From the IMG/VR virus record IMGVR_UViG_3300037041_001083, positions 1-64,000 of that record: a stretch of DNA of 64,000 nt. One strand, written 5' to 3'. Every line of letters starts with the position of its first letter. Positions within the stretch are counted from its first letter, which is position 1. A program made the translations under genes and the position numbers. Shown piece after piece: positions 58,409-64,000 of this stretch. A model generated the notes under the pieces. It worked only from the letters and a program-made list of their open reading frames with translations, did no database searches and was not told where the DNA came from. Source of the stretch: a virus.

Positions 58409-59686
58409 TTACTTGTTAAACTGTAACATTCTGTAGTCTACAAACATAGACTCGGAGCTGCGAGGAGGAGTGTTCAAGCGGTTGCTGTCGCCCGGTATGA
58501 TTCGAAGCGCAATGAACTTGAATCCGGTTGCAGAAAATGCATTCTCAAACACTTGCTCGATTTCTGCATAGTCATAAGTTCCATTATCCAAACCACCAGC
58601 CATTGCGGTTGCAGATAGAGCCGCAGGAAAGCCAGTTCCGTCGTCACCCCAGATTGCCTGCATTACGAATTTTGCAGTCGCACTAGCATTGATAGCCTCT
58701 GCGATTAATTGTGCGCTAGAAGCTCCACCATCGTTATTTACCGTGACAGTAAATCCAGAGGCGTAGTTTCCGGTTACAACAGGAACAGGAGCACCGGCAG
58801 CAGTTGTGATTGCCAACTTGCAGGCATTGCCTTTAAGTCCGAGAACCATACTGTGTACGGTTATTGCAGCATCGGTTGCACCGTGAGTATAGGATGCCCT
58901 CGTTCCGGCAGTACCAAGTGCCTTCCTATTTCCGTCCATATAAAACTTGGAAGAGCCTTGTTTGAACAGATTTGCAAACATAAATACAGTTTGTTTTCCA
59001 TCGCCTAATCCAAGTCCTTCGTTCTCGATTGGTTTGTCAATATTATCGACATAACCCATGACTCGCATAGCTGCTTCGTTGACAGATACACCAGTCAACA
59101 CAACTGTTGGATTGGTAATGCCGGCAATCGAAGGATTGGTTGTCAGCATTATGTATGCTTTATTGGCGGTATCATCGGCCTGTGTAGAAACAGAATCAAT
59201 GGTTACTCCGATAACAGGCACGCCAACAGTACCAACAACATCAACAGTATCTCCAGCTTTGTAGTAGGAAATATCGGCAACAAACATTTTAAGTTTTGTT
59301 CCACCAACAACTACGCTGCTTAAAACTGGTTCTATTCTCTCAAAATTCATTGCACTAGCGGTAGTGGCACGATGATAAAGTCTGTCGATTGCTTCTTGTC
59401 CGTCATCTATTGGAACGCACACAACTTTTTGTGCAACTCCAACACCGCCTGTGGTGTCTATTGCTGCTGTAAATACAAGTGACACGTTAGCAACAATAGC
59501 TGCAATCGTTGCGCCAGTTACCAATGTCGATAAAATGTTATCTTCTGCATCTACGTCAACAACATTGACGACATCGCCAGCCTTGTAGTATCCGGTAAAT
59601 GCCATTGGCTGTACTGCACTATTTACAGGTACAGTAATCGTTTCCCATGCCTTAAACTCTGTCCTGACTAAATCTAGTTGTCCCAT
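58409..59686 (-). CDS. Virion structural protein with sheath-like insertion domain
   Basis: G.KGN..., SAQLIAEAINA, MAGGLD; repeated YYKAGD. Confidence 0.7.
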   Translation of the reverse strand: MGQLDLVRTEFKAWETITVPVNSAVQPMAFTGYYKAGDVVNVVDVDAEDNILSTLVTGATIAAIVANVSLVFTAAIDTTGGVGVAQKVVCVPIDDGQEAIDRLYHRATTASAMNFERIEPVLSSVVVGGTKLKMFVADISYYKAGDTVDVVGTVGVPVIGVTIDSVSTQADDTANKAYIMLTTNPSIAGITNPTVVLTGVSVNEAAMRVMGYVDNIDKPIENEGLGLGDGKQTVFMFANLFKQGSSKFYMDGNRKALGTAGTRASYTHGATDAAITVHSMVLGLKGNACKLAITTAAGAPVPVVTGNYASGFTVTVNNDGGASSAQLIAEAINASATAKFVMQAIWGDDGTGFPAALSATAMAGGLDNGTYDYAEIEQVFENAFSATGFKFIALRIIPGDSNRLNTPPRSSESMFVDYRMLQFNK

Positions 59687-59688
59687 AA

Positions 59689-60156
59689 TTAGTTACCCCC
59701 TTTGGTATTGAACGTAATCCGTTTCCTATAGTTCACTGTAAGAGATTCCCGTTGCTTAGGAGGTTTATTCAACCTATGCGATAGCATCGGCTCTACCCTT
59801 ATTGTAAACCCTTTGTTATCCAAATGAACATCAAAATCACGATTTGGGTCAGTTGGCTTACCTATCAATGACATACCTGACAGGAAAACTTCGAGAGTTC
59901 CTGCCACAAATTCAAATTCAGTTGCGAATGTCAAATTTATGCTATTTTTAAGCCCTATGGGATACTCTCTGATTACAGGTATCCCATGTATCGAAAAATA
60001 CTCTTCGAGCACCTGCTGAACGTTTCTCTTGTCAATATCAGTGATTGTAGCTGGGATGGTTCCATTCAAATACGCCAAGGCAAATTGGATTTCTGCCGCT
60101 GAATGAATCAGTGCTGCGTGGCAACTAAAAATTTCCTCATCGCAACATCCACTCAT
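59689..60156 (-). CDS. Virion structural protein
   Basis: P.G.KN..N.TF...F..GTLEVFL.G; RLNKPP shared with the neighbour. Confidence 0.65.
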   Translation of the reverse strand: MSGCCDEEIFSCHAALIHSAAEIQFALAYLNGTIPATITDIDKRNVQQVLEEYFSIHGIPVIREYPIGLKNSINLTFATEFEFVAGTLEVFLSGMSLIGKPTDPNRDFDVHLDNKGFTIRVEPMLSHRLNKPPKQRESLTVNYRKRITFNTKGGN

Positions 60157-60443
60157 TATGCCACCTGCAAGGAATCGTTAATTTCGACTAAATCAAAAGG
60201 ATCAACTGTCTGATACACAAAATCTCTCACTACTTTTACATCGACTGGCAATGTAGCTGAAGTTTGAACTGAGTGCCATTCCTCTTTGACAATTCGCCTT
60301 ACGCCGTTAATTTCATCCCAAGTCAAATCTCTTTTTACGTCCTCCGCTGACATTATTTTGCATTTAGTACCTTCCACCGTAACAACAGATGTTGCTTCTG
60401 TTTCATTACTAATTGTTGAACCGAACATCCTGCCGCCACTCAT
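60156..60443 (-). CDS. Hypothetical protein
   Basis: GAGG RBS; within the operon. Confidence 0.65.
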   Translation of the reverse strand: MSGGRMFGSTISNETEATSVVTVEGTKCKIMSAEDVKRDLTWDEINGVRRIVKEEWHSVQTSATLPVDVKVVRDFVYQTVDPFDLVEINDSLQVA

Positions 60444-60451
60444 GGTTTACC

Positions 60452-60931
60452 TCATGCAAGTTGTTGGCCTATAGTAACAAGATACTTGGCTGGTGACTGT
60501 TTTACACAGTGAAAATAAATATAATTCACTGTAGTTGTTTTGTACTTTCCTGAAATAACAATACATTCTGCTGGAAGGTTAAGCACAAATCCAGCAGGTG
60601 TTAATTCCAACACGACGACTTTACCTTGCACTGGATTAGTAATCACCAATGTTTTATTACTAATCAATGTTTTAGTAAGTAATTCAGATTCAGAATAGTC
60701 AAGCGTATCGCCAATTAGTACAGCACTATCCGATTCAACTGTTTCAAATGTTCCAGTTCTGTTAGGCAATTTTAAGGATATATCATCAGTATGTTGTGAT
60801 GTTATCGTTACCTTTTTACCTGCTGTCGCACCAGTCAAATCAAATTTTAATTCTGTCGTTTCATCAGTGCCGTGGAACACCGAAAAAGTGTTATCCGGTA
60901 CTTTAATTAAAATTAATTCTGCCTCACTCAT
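60452..60931 (-). CDS. Probable virion structural protein
   Basis: Beta-rich; GGGAG RBS. Confidence 0.65.
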   Translation of the reverse strand: MSEAELILIKVPDNTFSVFHGTDETTELKFDLTGATAGKKVTITSQHTDDISLKLPNRTGTFETVESDSAVLIGDTLDYSESELLTKTLISNKTLVITNPVQGKVVVLELTPAGFVLNLPAECIVISGKYKTTTVNYIYFHCVKQSPAKYLVTIGQQLA

Positions 60932-60947
60932 AACTGCTCCCTACTAC

Positions 60948-60975
60948 AAAAAAAGCCTCACACTTGGCGAGGCTT
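60948..60975 (-). terminator. Rho-independent terminator
   Basis: AAGCCTC...GAGGCTT stem plus T7. Confidence 0.6.
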
Positions 60976-60999
60976 CATTTGCTCTTGCTTGAAAGCTAA

Positions 61000-61362
61000 T
61001 CAACCCTGCTTTTGTAGGATAGCCTTAATCAGCTCATCTTTCGAGCTGCGTGATAGCTTCGATATGCCAAGTTGGGCTGCAACAGCTTTGACCTGCTCTA
61101 TACCCATTGAGTTAAGCACCCCTGCGCTCATTGCTGGTGTACTAAATTCAACTCGGTCATCAACATTTTTTTCCTCTGCCCTTAAAAATTCCTGTTGTGG
61201 CTTATGCACAGGAGGAACAAATTCTTCTTCCTGTTGTTGATTTGCAAAACGCCATTTTGAACTCATTCCAAATCCAGCATCGGATAAATCCTTGCCAAAG
61301 TTATCAGAAGAAAGACCTAATTCTTTTACGTTCCATTTACCCACGTCAGTTCTCCTTATCAT
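61000..61362 (-). CDS. Protein with C-terminal Rho-N/HeH-like motif
   Basis: LNSM...QVKAVA.QLGI...S..KDELIKAIL. Confidence 0.65.
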   Translation of the reverse strand: MIRRTDVGKWNVKELGLSSDNFGKDLSDAGFGMSSKWRFANQQQEEEFVPPVHKPQQEFLRAEEKNVDDRVEFSTPAMSAGVLNSMGIEQVKAVAAQLGISKLSRSSKDELIKAILQKQG

Positions 61363-61368
61363 TTAAAC

Positions 61369-61405
61369 AAAAAAAAGGAAGGCTTGCGTTTCGCCCTCCT
61401 TTTTT
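61369..61405. terminator. Bidirectional terminator after the capsid gene
   Basis: A8-GGAAGGC...GCCCTCC-T6. Confidence 0.7.
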
Positions 61406-61419
61406 ACAGCATTTAATGC

Positions 61420-62991
61420 TTAGTATACTCGGTCAATAAGGGATTTTTTCTGCTCGTTCCCTCCAACGTTTATCCACACGACGTTTGCGAATGGTTTTGG
61501 TACTTGCGGCGCAAGCACATTTGCAAACAATTTATTGGAGAACAGCCAGCCAAGTTTAGCAAGGTCAAACTCGAATAGGCCAGTCAACTGAGCAATAGCA
61601 GCAGCAGATCGTCCTTCCTCATATTCATTGCGTGAGTCAGCAGGAGGTTGGCCAAGGTCAAGAGCTTCAGCATTAGGCGACCATACATCACCGCCCCAGC
61701 ACCAAGTAGTTCCGGGAATCATTTGGTCGTCATCAACGAAGGTGATTGGAGTTGTATTACCTAGAGAAGCACCGTTTGGAATTTCAAATATGAACATTGG
61801 CTCTCTACTTTTTGGTTCCATAAACGAACCAACTTGGCCGAGGTCAAGGTTATATCCACGATAAACTCTGAATGAGGTTTCATCACCACGAGGAGTGATA
61901 GTCAACTCAATAGTTTTACCAACAGTTGCATTTACTGGAGCCGAAGTGTTGGAGTATAGAGACTCACCAACATCATTTACTGCTGTGACAATGTATGTCA
62001 TGCCAGTAAGACGTTCGCCAGTTGTAGCAAATTTTCCTACGCCAGCGATATTGACTGCTGGTTGGGTAATGGAGCCTGCGCCCATGCCGCCAAACACAAG
62101 AGCCATTGGTGCGCCTTCGATCAATGCGCCGTTTGCAGTACCAGTTTTAACCAACGTAGAAAGAGCATTTTCACGGCGGAAATACACGATTTCGCCCTGT
62201 ACTCTCATTCCGTCAATACTGTTACCAACAATCATTCCTTGAGTCGAAGCTTGAGGAGCGATCATAAAGCGAGCGGCTGGATCGAGGTTGTTCTCGATAG
62301 TTTCCAATACTTCAGGAGCCATATAAATACGGCGAAGTATGGAGTTGCGCTTGCTTAGGCCAACTGCCTGAGAACGAATTTGCTGTGGCAACAATGGCTG
62401 TCCACGCATATCAATAAAGATGTCGCTGTTGCTGAAAAACGTGGTTGCAGAAGGAGATTTTGTCAACTCGTCGATGAGTTGGAAAAACCCTTTAAATTGG
62501 TTGTTGTCAAGCGTACAGCGAGTATCACTTGCGTACATATCGGTATTGAGCATGTACATTAACAAGCGACGAACAGCCATATCGTTTGCAGAAGCAATGG
62601 TTGGTTGCCCCATAGCACGAATGGTATTCTGGAGTACAGTTAAGCCCTGTACGGATGAAGTTTTACCATAAAGCTTCAGATTTACTACTTTCTTAGTACC
62701 GCCAATGTTTGCACTGGTAGGTAAACTGTTAGCAGCAAATGATGCCTTAGCCTTGTGGTTTCCGTAGGTGTCTACGATGGTAAATTCATGTGCAACCTGT
62801 CCAGCTTGAACACGAGGCAAATCCTTTAACAACGACATCTGCGCTTTATCACGTTCGGAATACAGTTGAACGTAGGCTTCGTCTTCCAACGATTCCTTCA
62901 TAAATGGAGCGATGGATGCTCCAGTAGCACTGTCAACGGACAGGGCTTTTCTAACCAAGTCCATTATTTGGGACTCTGAAAAATTGCTCAT
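61420..62991 (-). CDS. Major capsid protein (with Ig/FN3-like insertion)
   Basis: MKESLE, F.GF..LI, IDMRG.PL and YIVTAVN..GES; SPO1/Twort-like capsid pattern; strong RBS and terminator. Confidence 0.88.
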   Translation of the reverse strand: MSNFSESQIMDLVRKALSVDSATGASIAPFMKESLEDEAYVQLYSERDKAQMSLLKDLPRVQAGQVAHEFTIVDTYGNHKAKASFAANSLPTSANIGGTKKVVNLKLYGKTSSVQGLTVLQNTIRAMGQPTIASANDMAVRRLLMYMLNTDMYASDTRCTLDNNQFKGFFQLIDELTKSPSATTFFSNSDIFIDMRGQPLLPQQIRSQAVGLSKRNSILRRIYMAPEVLETIENNLDPAARFMIAPQASTQGMIVGNSIDGMRVQGEIVYFRRENALSTLVKTGTANGALIEGAPMALVFGGMGAGSITQPAVNIAGVGKFATTGERLTGMTYIVTAVNDVGESLYSNTSAPVNATVGKTIELTITPRGDETSFRVYRGYNLDLGQVGSFMEPKSREPMFIFEIPNGASLGNTTPITFVDDDQMIPGTTWCWGGDVWSPNAEALDLGQPPADSRNEYEEGRSAAAIAQLTGLFEFDLAKLGWLFSNKLFANVLAPQVPKPFANVVWINVGGNEQKKSLIDRVY

Positions 62992-63034
62992 GTGTGACTC
63001 CTTATTAAGTCCTAAGTAATTACTTCCCTGTCAA

Positions 63035-63835
63035 TTATTTCTTAACGCCAGTTACACAGCTTAGGTCGCCAGTATGACGAGCTTGCAGCCATTGCGCCTT
63101 AGTAATTTCACCCTTTAGTACAGCTTTTTGCAATAGGTCAGCATCAGCCTTGGTCAGAGTAGATTCACTTTTAGCAACAGTGTCACCGCTGTTTGGATTA
63201 ATCATGCCAGCCATGAATGGAACTCCGGGCATTTTTTGCACAGACTTCATCAAGTCGCAGCTAACTACCATTGATTTTTTTATTTCCTTGTTTTCGTTCA
63301 CGAGGAACATCAAGGCTTTTGCCATAGTCTCTTGAAGCTTATCCTTGCGAGGATCAGCTAGGTCAGCAACAATGTTTCCAAATATTGCTTGGCCTTTCAT
63401 AAGCATATTCATGGATTTTGCGATTCTCTCCATGCGTCCACCGAGGAAATCAACAGCTTCGCCGAGGTTTTTCATAAACTCAGTTGCGTCAACTTCTTCG
63501 TCAACCAACATAGCCTTTTTAACATTTTTTTTGCCGAAAAATGCTGGCTTGTCATCTTCGTCTTCGTCATCATCGGAATCATTGTCATCATCACAATTCG
63601 ATGCTTTTTTGACGTATTTCTTGGTGTCAGGATAGTTGCCGCCTGACTTAACAGGATTTTCAGCAGGATCGTCCTCTTCATCCAATAAATCCTCGTCACC
63701 CTTCACTTGGTCAGCAGTCAAATCGGACTGATTACGTCCTTTTTTCTTGCCACCCTTTGCTACGCTGTCGGAACCTTCCGACACTGGAGCAATGGAATTT
63801 TCCAATTCCTGTGATAACTCTTCAAATATATCCAT
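63035..63835 (-). CDS. Scaffold-like head protein
   Basis: Acidic stretches and many xxK[S/A/G] motifs; directly upstream of the capsid gene. Confidence 0.7.
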   Translation of the reverse strand: MDIFEELSQELENSIAPVSEGSDSVAKGGKKKGRNQSDLTADQVKGDEDLLDEEDDPAENPVKSGGNYPDTKKYVKKASNCDDDNDSDDDEDEDDKPAFFGKKNVKKAMLVDEEVDATEFMKNLGEAVDFLGGRMERIAKSMNMLMKGQAIFGNIVADLADPRKDKLQETMAKALMFLVNENKEIKKSMVVSCDLMKSVQKMPGVPFMAGMINPNSGDTVAKSESTLTKADADLLQKAVLKGEITKAQWLQARHTGDLSCVTGVKK

Positions 63836-63843
63836 AATTCCTC

Positions 63844-64000
63844 CTACTTACGCCCGTATTTATTACGGAGAAAGTTCCAAACAAATGACTCAGCCTCAAA
63901 ACGATCAAAGCCTTTTTTAAGCATTAATCTGTCTCTCAACTTCCTCGCTAAAACGCTTACATCATCATGTGAGCCTTCCAAATCTTCTTTCATTACTGGT
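63844..64000 (-). CDS. C-terminus of a probable prohead protease (truncated)
   Basis: Open frame ...PVMKEDLEG...KYGRK*; gene order protease-scaffold-capsid. Confidence 0.45.
   Translation of the reverse strand, partial: PVMKEDLEGSHDDVSVLARKLRDRLMLKKGFDRFEAESFVWNFLRNKYGRK

Noticed and set aside
24885-63699. Many plus-strand ORFs of 60-295 aa opposite the structural genes (e.g. 39567-40454, 55130-55726, 35109-35696)
   Set aside because: Antisense shadows of Ala/Thr/Gly-rich genes, with no RBS or recognisable motifs
1-64000. tRNA/rRNA genes, integrase, large terminase, portal, DNA polymerase, alternative genetic code
   Set aside because: None recognised here; genes are intact under the standard code, and the missing core genes probably lie outside the window

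Overview
A 64-kb segment of a large tailed dsDNA phage with a contractile tail (myovirus), about 40% GC by eye, mostly encoded on the minus strand. From right to left: head genes (probable prohead protease end, scaffold-like protein, major capsid protein), a long block of virion accessory and neck genes, tail sheath, tube, chaperones and tape measure, baseplate, a long tail fibre with an S74 chaperone, and an envelope/lysis block (papain-like protease, lipoprotein, metallophosphoesterase, lysozyme-CHAP endolysin). A short plus-strand recombination operon (Gp157-like, Bet/RecT, Fis-like HTH) follows. Diverging from it are small early genes under a near-consensus sigma28 promoter, then a radical SAM/small basic protein/ParB/TerS-like cassette interrupted by a solo TnpB element, and a replication module (wHTH proteins, initiator with internal iterons, primase-helicase, SSB). 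Most notable: (1) a degenerate type I-E CRISPR-like repeat-spacer-repeat unit in the leader of the radical SAM gene, whose spacer duplicates that gene's ribosome-binding region; (2) a primase-helicase that looks like eukaryotic mitochondrial Twinkle, lying with the initiator and origin between 29-bp direct repeats; (3) the sigma28 promoter; (4) an apparent recoding site in the tail chaperone genes. All assignments come from motif recognition by eye; no searches were run.
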